Of a stretch of DNA of 64,000 nt, positions 49,324-57,614 are shown piece after piece. The notes beneath the pieces were generated by a model that worked only from the letters and a program-made list of their open reading frames with translations, was not told where the DNA came from and ran no database searches. The DNA lies in IMG/VR virus record IMGVR_UViG_3300047499_000113, positions 124,001 to 188,000 of that record. One strand, 5' to 3'. Within the stretch, counting starts at the first letter, position 1. Each line of letters starts with the position of its first letter. A program made the translations under genes and the position numbers.

Positions 49324-51369
49324 TCAGCCATCGAGCGACGGGCCACCAATTGTAATCTCGGGGCCCTTCGCGCGAACCTTCGGAGGCTCGACGACCAACT
49401 CGTTGGCCAGTTCGAACGTCTCGACGGGGTTTTCGACTGGAGCGGCCTGCACGACAGGGAGCTTGCGCTTGGCAGCAACTGCTGCCTGACGGACTTGAGT
49501 GGGAACCTGACGGATCAGGGACTTGGCGTACTTGGAGCACCATCCCGGGGCCGTCTGGAGCATGCACCCGGTGCACCCGTCCGAAGCCAGGACGTGCGGA
49601 GCGCCGCGCTTGCGGAACGCCTGGGACCCGACGTTGCACCCCTTGCCGTAGTCGCGGTAGGCGGTCGGGTCGATGAAGAAAACGCCCTGGACGCCGTCGT
49701 CCTTGGCCGCCCGACGTCCCACCTCCGGTACCTGGGTCAGGTCGTCTCGAGAGTACCGCTGGAGGATGGCCGCTTGCAGAGGCTTGCCCGACAGGCCCGT
49801 GTTCATCAGGTGCGAAATCGTGCGACGCACCTCCTCCGGATCCATCTGCGCGACCGCCACCTCAGCCCGACCGGGCTGGAGGGTCTTGATGGTGGCCTGG
49901 ACGCCGGAGTATTGATGCACCTGCTCGTCCGCCGGCGGAATCGGGTTGTGCAGGTTCACGTAAGCGACCGCAGTCGCCCAGCTCTTGATGGAGGCCGACC
50001 GCGCGTTGGCGTTCTGGACTTCTGTCGTCGTCAGTCGGTGCTGCAGAGCTGCACGCTGCAGTGCGAGCAGGAACGTCTCCTTACTGATGGGCTGCTTCTT
50101 GCTCACGATCTTCGTGTACTTGCAGATCTGAGCACATGCGCCGTCCGGAGCGCCCTTGCAGTGCGTGCACGTAGCCGAGCGCCGAATCACGTAGTCGAGA
50201 TGCAGGTCACGCGGATCGATGCCGAGACCGGCTTGGTTCGACTGTCCGTCAGCTGCCAGCTGATGCATCAGGTTCAGCGTGTTGTTGCACCCCTCGAGAG
50301 CGTCCATGTCGAGGTACGTCTTGCCGAGGATTCCGTACTCGGCAACGAGACCGGCGATCTCCGGGTCTTGAGAAGCGGCGAGAACCTGCAGGTCAGCGTC
50401 GCCCTTCATCATCCGCGCCGCGTACTTGAGGAAGCCCGGCGACGGCATCGACTCGACCGGAGCCGAGAACTTGCGGTGCCAGAAGGCATCGTAGTCGGCC
50501 TGCGTCGGCTGGGCCTTGGGCACCGGCTGCTGCGTCTGGACGGTGAGGACACCCTCCGCTCGAGCAGCGATCGGAGTCTTCAGAAACGCAGCACGCAGGA
50601 TTTCCTTGTACTCGCGTGCACTCGCAGGGAGTCCGTTGGCCATCCGGCCCACCGGAACGGGACCGTCCAGACGCTTCTCGCTGGCGAGCGTGGGTGCGTA
50701 GTGAGCCACGACCTTGGCCGTGTATGGAACTTCGGCCACGACGCGCTTGCCGCCGAACGTCTTGCAAATGCCCGTCTTCTGGCAATCGCATCCGCTCGAG
50801 TTGTCGCACCCTCCAAGCACGAACAGAGCGTTCCTGCTCACGGCACGAGCGAACTGGCGCTCCTTCGGATCCTTGCACGCTCGAGGGAAGTAAGAGGCGT
50901 TGATATAGACGTTGCCGAGAAGGCCGCGCTCCGCGATGACTTCGTTGATGGCGTCCTTGGCGCGGCGAATGTCGCCGATGCCGAACTCCGACTGCAGGCG
51001 ACCTGCAATCGTGTTGTTGTCCATCCCCATCATCACCATCTTGGCGACGCGATTCCGGATGGGGGCCGTCTGGTCAGTGGGGGCCGTCTGACCGTAGTCC
51101 TGGCTCAACGGATTGCGGTTGACGATGGTGTGTGGCTTGAGCGGAACGAGCTGCGGGACGTTGAGCGAGCCCTCTTTCGTGTCCGAAATGAGTGCCTTCT
51201 GGAACTCCGGAATGATGTCGAGGTTCTGCTTGGGAAGAGCCTCGGCTGCCCGATAGTCCGCTTCGTCGACCGCGAGCCAGCTCAGGTCAGACACACCCTG
51301 GTTGTGAAGGATCTTGGTCAGATCCCCAAGACCAGAGGTTCCACTGAGATCGGGCAGTTTCTTAGCCAT
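49324..51369 (-). CDS. Large hypothetical head-region protein with three Cys clusters
   Basis: 681 aa. Three repeated units of G..G...y.D/N followed by Cys clusters (CDC...C; CTHC...C; CTGC...WC). Confidence 0.7.
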   Translation of the reverse strand: MAKKLPDLSGTSGLGDLTKILHNQGVSDLSWLAVDEADYRAAEALPKQNLDIIPEFQKALISDTKEGSLNVPQLVPLKPHTIVNRNPLSQDYGQTAPTDQTAPIRNRVAKMVMMGMDNNTIAGRLQSEFGIGDIRRAKDAINEVIAERGLLGNVYINASYFPRACKDPKERQFARAVSRNALFVLGGCDNSSGCDCQKTGICKTFGGKRVVAEVPYTAKVVAHYAPTLASEKRLDGPVPVGRMANGLPASAREYKEILRAAFLKTPIAARAEGVLTVQTQQPVPKAQPTQADYDAFWHRKFSAPVESMPSPGFLKYAARMMKGDADLQVLAASQDPEIAGLVAEYGILGKTYLDMDALEGCNNTLNLMHQLAADGQSNQAGLGIDPRDLHLDYVIRRSATCTHCKGAPDGACAQICKYTKIVSKKQPISKETFLLALQRAALQHRLTTTEVQNANARSASIKSWATAVAYVNLHNPIPPADEQVHQYSGVQATIKTLQPGRAEVAVAQMDPEEVRRTISHLMNTGLSGKPLQAAILQRYSRDDLTQVPEVGRRAAKDDGVQGVFFIDPTAYRDYGKGCNVGSQAFRKRGAPHVLASDGCTGCMLQTAPGWCSKYAKSLIRQVPTQVRQAAVAAKRKLPVVQAAPVENPVETFELANELVVEPPKVRAKGPEITIGGPSLDG

Positions 51370-51378
51370 GACCGTTGA

Positions 51379-52986
51379 TTACTCCCGCTCTTTTACGGGC
51401 TCGGACTTCATTCCTTTGAGCCACTCGTCGTGAGACATGCAGGATTGGCCGCTCTCTCGACAGCTCTTACAGTAAGCTTCGTAGGCGGTCTTGGTCGACT
51501 CCTTCATGGCGTCGTCGTAGCATTTCTCGGCTTCCTTGACGCTACCGTCACTGGCGATCCGGTCCATGTCGATGAGAGCGCGAGTCAGATTCGCCGCGAG
51601 TCGGCGGAGGACGCCGGCGACTTCGGGCTGCAGCACGTATCGGCACTCGAGATCGATGAGCTTGTTGCGGACCCTGGCCACCGTGGTGTTGCCAGCCGTC
51701 GACGCCGCACGCGCCACCGGGAACTCGTCGAGCACGTCTTTGACGAAGACGTTGTGCGAGAGTTTGAGGCACCGGATGATGTCCGATGACAGATATTGCG
51801 GCAGACCACGCGACTGCAGGAATGCCAGCACATGCCGCTTGGTCAGACCCTTCTTGCCGGCTTCCTTGAGGAAGTCCTTCGTCAGGGCCACGACCTGGTT
51901 GATGTTGGTTGCCTGCCTCGAGTTCATCGAAAGTCCTCCGGACGCAAACATGGTAACCCTATCACCGGTCACATCGGCACCAGGGAGCTGGGTTCCACCG
52001 TCCTGGTTGTCACTCCTGTCAAAGTTTATGTTCTCATCAAAGTCTGTTGCAGGAAACCCGTACGGACCCGATACGTCCTCGATCTCCTTGCCGGAAAGCC
52101 AGTTGCCGAGACTCTGGAGAAAATCGTCCATCGTCTCTTCGTTCTTCATCACCGTGGGAAGCGCAGAATCGGAAACTTTTTCCTTTTGACTTGTGTAGGC
52201 GCCGCTGTCCTGGGTGGGCGCCACATAGTCAGTGAAAAGAGCCCGCCTGCTCGACCCGGTATGACCGGGGTGCATATAATCGTAGTAGTCAGTCCGCGCC
52301 GCAGGATTATCACCATCGACAGGAAGCTCCGAGTGCTCTTCGGAAACTTTCTTGCCTTTGGGCCTGATGGCGCCAGGATCACGACCGTCGACGCCCTGCT
52401 CCTGCGGAAGCGTCGTAGCTTCCGCTACGGTCTCCACTCGAGCGTCGTAGACGTCGGTCTTCGGATGGAAGTGCTGGATGTTGGCGTCCTGGTCGCCCGG
52501 AACGAGGCCCACAGCAATGAAGCCGCGGTGCATGAGGGTCCCGAGACGTCCATCGTCACCGTCCGGATAGATTAGACTCCGGTCTGGATTGAAGACGTTG
52601 GCCGGCTGAGCATCTCCAATGGGAGGCTCGTGCTCGCAGTCCTCGTCGCAGACGTGGTCCGGCGGCAGAACGCCATTCGGAAGAGGTCCGAGGCGCATTG
52701 TCATCTCGGACACTGGTGATGTGTCGACCGACACTGGATAGCTGACAGTGCGGCTCTCCGGCTCGTTCGGATACGAGAGCCACTCCTCATCACCGGCCCC
52801 GTTGCCGGGGACCTCGATCTGCGATGACTTGGTGGCGTCGTCTGGCAGCGTGCGGCCTGCAGGCTCGTGCGCCTCAGAGTTCTCCCCGTGATCCCCTTCT
52901 TCGTCTCGCTGGGAATCGTAGGTCCCGATGCCCCAAGTATCGACTTGCTTGGGGAGGGTGCTCTCTGTGGGGAGTGTAGACGGCAT
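51379..52986 (-). CDS. Acidic probable internal head protein
   Basis: ATG at 52986 overlaps the upstream TGA; RQA/RAAS/RIAS motifs. Confidence 0.7.
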   Translation of the reverse strand: MPSTLPTESTLPKQVDTWGIGTYDSQRDEEGDHGENSEAHEPAGRTLPDDATKSSQIEVPGNGAGDEEWLSYPNEPESRTVSYPVSVDTSPVSEMTMRLGPLPNGVLPPDHVCDEDCEHEPPIGDAQPANVFNPDRSLIYPDGDDGRLGTLMHRGFIAVGLVPGDQDANIQHFHPKTDVYDARVETVAEATTLPQEQGVDGRDPGAIRPKGKKVSEEHSELPVDGDNPAARTDYYDYMHPGHTGSSRRALFTDYVAPTQDSGAYTSQKEKVSDSALPTVMKNEETMDDFLQSLGNWLSGKEIEDVSGPYGFPATDFDENINFDRSDNQDGGTQLPGADVTGDRVTMFASGGLSMNSRQATNINQVVALTKDFLKEAGKKGLTKRHVLAFLQSRGLPQYLSSDIIRCLKLSHNVFVKDVLDEFPVARAASTAGNTTVARVRNKLIDLECRYVLQPEVAGVLRRLAANLTRALIDMDRIASDGSVKEAEKCYDDAMKESTKTAYEAYCKSCRESGQSCMSHDEWLKGMKSEPVKERE

Positions 52987-54338
52987 CAGAACTGCGTCTC
53001 CCACAGGTTCGGAATTTCGAGCTTCGGCTTCTTGGGATTCAGGCCCGGCGGCGGGTCAGGCTGCGAATGCTCGCGCAGCCACTTGAGGTCTTCCTCGTTC
53101 ATTCCAAGCGCGTAGTAATCGAGATTTTTGCTGTTGTCGGCGCCCGGGAGCCACGAGTAGGTCTGCGGGAGAGCGGCCACCTTCGTGGCTACCGAGTTCA
53201 GGTCGACGCTCTCTGCGCTCTCCGTGTACGGGTCGCCGAGTCCCGTAGTGCCATCGAGCATCGCATCGTAGCCTTCCGGGAGCTGCTTCTCGGTGTTGAC
53301 GCCGCTGTCGAGTGCTTCCCCAGTGGGATCGTCCGAACCGTATTGCTCGTCGCCATTGAAGCCACCCTCACCCGGACCGATGTGCTCGATGCGGGGACCA
53401 GGCAGGCTGTCCGGATCCACCGATGAGTCCGCGACGCGAGTCGACGCCGTACGCATCTCGTACGCGCGCATTAGATGGGCAATGGCCGAAGCGTAATTGC
53501 CCTGCTCCGGCGTCGTGGTGTGCATCACCATTTCGACGGGGCTTTGGCCCTCGTGCTGTTCGCCCGTACCGCCCGGGAGTTGCGAGCCCTGCTCGCCGGG
53601 CTCCTCGGACTTCTTCTTTTTCTCGAGGATCTTCTTGTCGCGCTTGGCCGTGTCAGCGTAGCTGGAGAGCTGCATCTGGCCGTCGCCGCTGGCGTCGTTG
53701 TCCTCGGACGAACCCTCGTCACCCCAGCCATCGTTGTCGCCGTTGTCGGTCTCGTCGCTCTCGACCTGCGGGTTCATCTCGTCGGCGTTCGGGTTCTCGA
53801 CAGGCTCGTCGAAGGTTTCCTCGGGGTTCTCCTCCTGGAATTCCTCCTCGACAAAGCCGGCCGGATTCTGCTTGACCTCTTCGGTCTGGTCCAGAATCTC
53901 CTCGGCGGGCCCGGACTCTCCGGCGCCCTGCCAATGCGGAGCGTTGATTTCGTCGTCGACAGTATCGGTGAAGGACGAAAGCACCTCCGCCGCCTGCGCG
54001 AGCGACTGGCGCATGTCCTTGATGTTCTGGATATAACCACGGCCACCGAGCAGTCCGTCCGGGCTGATCTGCGCGGACGGCATCTTGGAGAAGAGCCGGA
54101 AGGCCGCCATGGCGTAGCTCTGAGCACGCTGGCTGGCCCACAAGATCTTGGCAAGTTCTCGCAGCGCCTCGGGAGTCCACTGGAAGTCCTGAACGCGGAT
54201 GTCGCGCCGGATCGGACCGGTGTCCTTGACGAACTCGATCTTGCCGGCCGTCCTGACTTGCGGCTTGCCGCGCACTCCGGCCACACGCATGGCGTGGCGA
54301 ATGAGGACACCAGCGGCGATTCGAGAAAGGCGGTCCAT
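52986..54338 (-). CDS. Acidic probable internal head protein
   Basis: Begins MDRLSRIAA...MRVA...VRTA; also RTAS, RVA and KVA motifs. Confidence 0.72.
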   Translation of the reverse strand: MDRLSRIAAGVLIRHAMRVAGVRGKPQVRTAGKIEFVKDTGPIRRDIRVQDFQWTPEALRELAKILWASQRAQSYAMAAFRLFSKMPSAQISPDGLLGGRGYIQNIKDMRQSLAQAAEVLSSFTDTVDDEINAPHWQGAGESGPAEEILDQTEEVKQNPAGFVEEEFQEENPEETFDEPVENPNADEMNPQVESDETDNGDNDGWGDEGSSEDNDASGDGQMQLSSYADTAKRDKKILEKKKKSEEPGEQGSQLPGGTGEQHEGQSPVEMVMHTTTPEQGNYASAIAHLMRAYEMRTASTRVADSSVDPDSLPGPRIEHIGPGEGGFNGDEQYGSDDPTGEALDSGVNTEKQLPEGYDAMLDGTTGLGDPYTESAESVDLNSVATKVAALPQTYSWLPGADNSKNLDYYALGMNEEDLKWLREHSQPDPPPGLNPKKPKLEIPNLWETQF

Positions 54339-54347
54339 GGAGACCTC

Positions 54348-54617
54348 TCAGCCCTTCACAGGACCGTTGTCGTCGTCGACCAGGCGCTCGATGTAGAAGC
54401 CCTTGTCGTCCTTGCCCAGGTGCCAAAAGTCCTGTTGCGACAAGTGCACCAATTGGTCTTCGGCGACGAGTTGGAAACCGGCCAGCTGACCGGCATTGGC
54501 GATGCGAATCCTGCCGACAGGCGCCGCGCTCGCCTTCCGCACCACGGGCTTCGAGGTGAAGAAGTCGTCGATTGAGCTGGAGGAGAAACGCAGGTCTTCG
54601 ATCTTAGGCGCAGGCAT
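54348..54617 (-). CDS. Small head-region protein
   Basis: 89 aa. TAGGCTGTTCAT motif upstream. Confidence 0.7.
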   Translation of the reverse strand: MPAPKIEDLRFSSSSIDDFFTSKPVVRKASAAPVGRIRIANAGQLAGFQLVAEDQLVHLSQQDFWHLGKDDKGFYIERLVDDDNGPVKG

Positions 54618-54668
54618 GTCTCACCCTTTGCAAGGCATGCCAATGAACAGCCTAGGAGTGTCCGAGGG

Positions 54669-55577
54669 TCAGCTGACGACCAACTGCACCTGGACGTTGA
54701 CCGGAGTAACCGTGGGGTTCGGGGACGAGATTTGAAGTATCTCGAAGTAGGTTCCCGGCACCTGAGGTATCCCCGCCGACCAGAGCGAGAGAGTGACGAT
54801 AGTCGACTGGCCCCCAGCCAGGCCGCTGACGGTGGGCGGGTTGAAGGCGAGCCAGGGGCTGTTGTTCTGCACCTTGGCAACCGTCGCGTTCAGGATAGAC
54901 GACGTCGGCCCGGTGTTCGTGATCGTCAGCTGCTGCGATCCGCTGTTCGCGGCCGTCAGCAGGGTCCAGGTGAGCTGGATGACGGCAGGCTGGGCCGAGA
55001 TGACCGGCGGCGGAAGCACCGTGACGTTGACAGTCAGCGGAATGACCGTCGGCGTGGCGCGATTATCCTGCAGGTTGACCGTGCCGACGTAAGGCGCCTG
55101 CTGGGCGACCAGAATCGTCGGATCCAGAATGACAGAAAACTGTCCCGTCTGGTTCTGACCAATCCCCGGGATAGTCACCGGGGAGGCCGAAAGCCAAGGC
55201 ACTGTTGGGGTCGCCGTGGCAGTCATAAAAGACCCGAAGGCGCCGGCGTTGATGATATTGACCGCCCCAACGAGAGACGCCGCGTCGCCTTGCGTGACAG
55301 TGATATTGAACGATGTCTGCTGACCCGCGACGAGCGCCAGAAGAGGCGCGAGCTGCTGCTGCAGCTGCGTCATTGAACCGGCCATCTCTTGGACGACGTC
55401 GCCGGGGATCGGAACGTCGACGCCATCCGTGTAGCGGCCAAACGGCGTCTGGATGTCGCAGACGTAGTATTGCTGCGAAGCTCCTTGAACGTTGCTGGCC
55501 GAAACAGTCCAGTACCAAGTCCCGCCAACCGAGATCTTGCTGAACCGGAAGCCGCCCGAGGCTACGTTGGAGCCCAT
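54669..55577 (-). CDS. Virion surface protein with two BACON/Ig-like repeats
   Basis: Two units I.N.G...S.......PWL...P..v.Gl..gQ....tv......Y...l.i. TAGGCTTCCCAT motif upstream. Confidence 0.65.
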   Translation of the reverse strand: MGSNVASGGFRFSKISVGGTWYWTVSASNVQGASQQYYVCDIQTPFGRYTDGVDVPIPGDVVQEMAGSMTQLQQQLAPLLALVAGQQTSFNITVTQGDAASLVGAVNIINAGAFGSFMTATATPTVPWLSASPVTIPGIGQNQTGQFSVILDPTILVAQQAPYVGTVNLQDNRATPTVIPLTVNVTVLPPPVISAQPAVIQLTWTLLTAANSGSQQLTITNTGPTSSILNATVAKVQNNSPWLAFNPPTVSGLAGGQSTIVTLSLWSAGIPQVPGTYFEILQISSPNPTVTPVNVQVQLVVS

Positions 55578-55601
55578 CGCCAAGGAGCGACCATGGGAAG
55601 C

Positions 55602-55817
55602 CTACCAAATGTCTCGGCCGCTCATCGACGGAGCGTCGAACACCTCGGAATAGAAGCGCTCGAGGTCGTGAAGAAACCCTCGAGTGGCGCGGTTGAGAGA
55701 TCGCCGGTATCGGCGGTTGGCGATCCTTTTGTCTTGGCGTTTGGAAAGGATGCTGTAGTTCACCCAGCGACGAGCCCGTTTGCAGCTGTACTGCACAGCA
55801 GGTAGGACGGTGATCAT
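55602..55817 (-). CDS. Small Arg-rich protein
   Basis: 71 aa, AGGAGG RBS, SKRQDKRIANRRYRR, ends RDIW. Confidence 0.65.
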   Translation of the reverse strand: MITVLPAVQYSCKRARRWVNYSILSKRQDKRIANRRYRRSLNRATRGFLHDLERFYSEVFDAPSMSGRDIW

Positions 55818-55873
55818 GGTCAGAACCTCCTAAAGTCCTGACATGATCGCCTCCTTTCGCGCGTCGAAGTGCA

Positions 55874-56329
55874 TCAGCTCTCCATTACCTCAAAGACTTC
55901 TTCGTGAACTTGTCTCAAAAGAAGGCCCTTGCAGGCCCAGGTCCCGAACTTCTTCCACTTCGGCCGGTGCGTGTAGCCATGCATCCAGCGTTTCTTGGCG
56001 TTGAACGGAACCTCTATGCTCTTGACAGTAATGCAAAGATGTTTCGGACTCACCTCAACGGTCAACTTCCCGTGCCGATGGCTCGTGCCGCGGTTCACAG
56101 CTATCAGGTCGAATGTGATTTCGACGGCACCAGGCAAGTAATTGCTGCTGAGGGTGCCTGGCTGAACTTGGAAATATCGAGAAAGATAGAACGCCCCAAT
56201 CACAGACACGATGGATGGACGAGCCCACTCGCAAGCCGCAGGCAATTCCTTTGGTAGCAGGTCCGCAGGCTGGAGCACTTGCTCCGTCATCTGCTGAGCC
56301 TCATCCACTGTGAAAAGGTGGGTCTTCAC
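55874..56329 (-). CDS. Hypothetical protein with C-terminal tag (HEEVFEVMES)
   Basis: 151 aa, AT-richer than its flanks. Confidence 0.65.
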   Translation of the reverse strand: MKTHLFTVDEAQQMTEQVLQPADLLPKELPAACEWARPSIVSVIGAFYLSRYFQVQPGTLSSNYLPGAVEITFDLIAVNRGTSHRHGKLTVEVSPKHLCITVKSIEVPFNAKKRWMHGYTHRPKWKKFGTWACKGLLLRQVHEEVFEVMES

Positions 56330-56369
56330 GCCGCTATTCTTGGGGTCAAGTTGCCGCTATTCTTGGGGT
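56330..56369. repeat. 17-bp direct repeat gccgctattcttggggt x2
   Basis: Copies at 56330-56346 and 56353-56369, directly upstream of the 56329 start. Confidence 0.85.
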
Positions 56370-56510
56370 ATTAGGTCGCTCCCGCAGCCTGAGCCCGGGA
56401 ATAGAGAGTCGTAACGACTCTTAGCAACATCCCTTTGGATTGATGTCGTCATCGCGGCTTCACGTGCACGGTGCCTCGGGACAGTGAGATTACACCGTCG
56501 TCGGGCAGAC

Positions 56511-56702
56511 CTACGATTCGTGGACTTGGCGGGCGACGCGAACGATGTATTCTTCCGTAGGTGGCGGGCCTGCGAGTGGTCCCATCCTCGCACCGCACCT
56601 CTTGCAGACGCGGACGAGCGCGGCCATCGAAGGGTTGCCGGACTTGCGGCGCTCCGTTTTGGGGAGCTTCTGCCACTCGTGGCCAAAGTTACGCGCCGTC
56701 AC
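56511..56702 (-). CDS. Small zinc-finger-like protein with C-terminal tag (VRVARQVHES)
   Basis: GTG 56702 with GGGGAG RBS; 63 aa, HEW...CKRCG. Confidence 0.6.
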   Translation of the reverse strand: MTARNFGHEWQKLPKTERRKSGNPSMAALVRVCKRCGARMGPLAGPPPTEEYIVRVARQVHES

Positions 56703-57591
56703 TGGGTAGCTCCCCGGCAAGCACTCGTTCGAACCGTTCCCGATTGTAGTTGATGGCAATGAAAGTGCTCGAGTCGTCTGATAGGCGACTGCCCCACTCA
56801 CCCTTATCTCGGTAGAGCTGGACTCGAGCAAATTCGCAGATTCCGGGATCGATGGTGGACATGGCGGCGAGTGGGTCGTGGAACGCTTTGCCTTTCGGGT
56901 TTTTCCCAAGATATTTCGCCATCCCTTCTCGCATGAGAGCAAAGCCCGGGTTCGGATTCTCGACTCGCATCATGCGCTCGTGTGTCGCCGGATCGTAGAT
57001 GACGCCGTGGCACACGTTCTTGGAGACCAGGTGTCGCTTGAGCACAGACGGGCTCTCGAGCACGTGTTTGGCCGCCGGGACGTCGCCGTTGAGGTTGTAA
57101 GTCGCACACGTCTCTCGGCCACGGAACTTCTCGAGTCTGTACTGCTCAGGCACGACGCTATCGCCGGCGAAACCGCCTTGAATGAACATGCTCGGAATGA
57201 TGACGCCGGCGCCGAGCGCCGCCGAGATGTTGCTCAAAGCCGCTCCCGTGATGACTGTCGTGTTGGGGTGACTGTGGAAGACGTCCTGCAGCACGCAGGA
57301 TCCGGTCCCATCAGGAGACTTGGGAGGGATAGGCCCAAGCCAGTCGTAATGGAAGCTCGAGACGCAGTCCTTCGGATGGTTCGGGCGCGCGGAACCAATA
57401 GAGGTGTTCTTGTGATCGAGCCGGTCGAGAACGTACCGGACAAGTCCAACCTGCGCTCTCGAACCTGGAGTGACAGTCACCGCGCGCAGAATGACCCCGG
57501 GATGCGTGCACAGCAGGCACAGAGCCATCACATCATCAGGGTCACTTGTTTCCATATCAAAAGCTATGTTCAAGCGCATCGGAAACTCCAA
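56689..57591 (-). CDS. Nucleoside hydrolase (IU-NH family)
   Basis: N-terminal FDMETSDPDDVMAL (DxDxxxDD-like), TGAALSN, YNLNGD and FHDPLAA. Confidence 0.85.
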   Translation of the reverse strand: MEFPMRLNIAFDMETSDPDDVMALCLLCTHPGVILRAVTVTPGSRAQVGLVRYVLDRLDHKNTSIGSARPNHPKDCVSSFHYDWLGPIPPKSPDGTGSCVLQDVFHSHPNTTVITGAALSNISAALGAGVIIPSMFIQGGFAGDSVVPEQYRLEKFRGRETCATYNLNGDVPAAKHVLESPSVLKRHLVSKNVCHGVIYDPATHERMMRVENPNPGFALMREGMAKYLGKNPKGKAFHDPLAAMSTIDPGICEFARVQLYRDKGEWGSRLSDDSSTFIAINYNRERFERVLAGELPSDGA

Positions 57592-57614
57592 TAGTTCGAG
57601 CGTACAATACGTGC

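Noticed and set aside
49495-51378. Long antisense ORFs (also 8341-9765, 15103-16623, 29839-31293, 34154-35536, 46971-48017)
   Set aside because: Exact antisense of well-supported genes; expected from high GC3 bias.
56357-56686. 109-aa ORF-track entry
   Set aside because: Overlaps the better-supported 56511-56702 ORF, which has an RBS, zinc motif and C-terminal tag, and has low-information composition.
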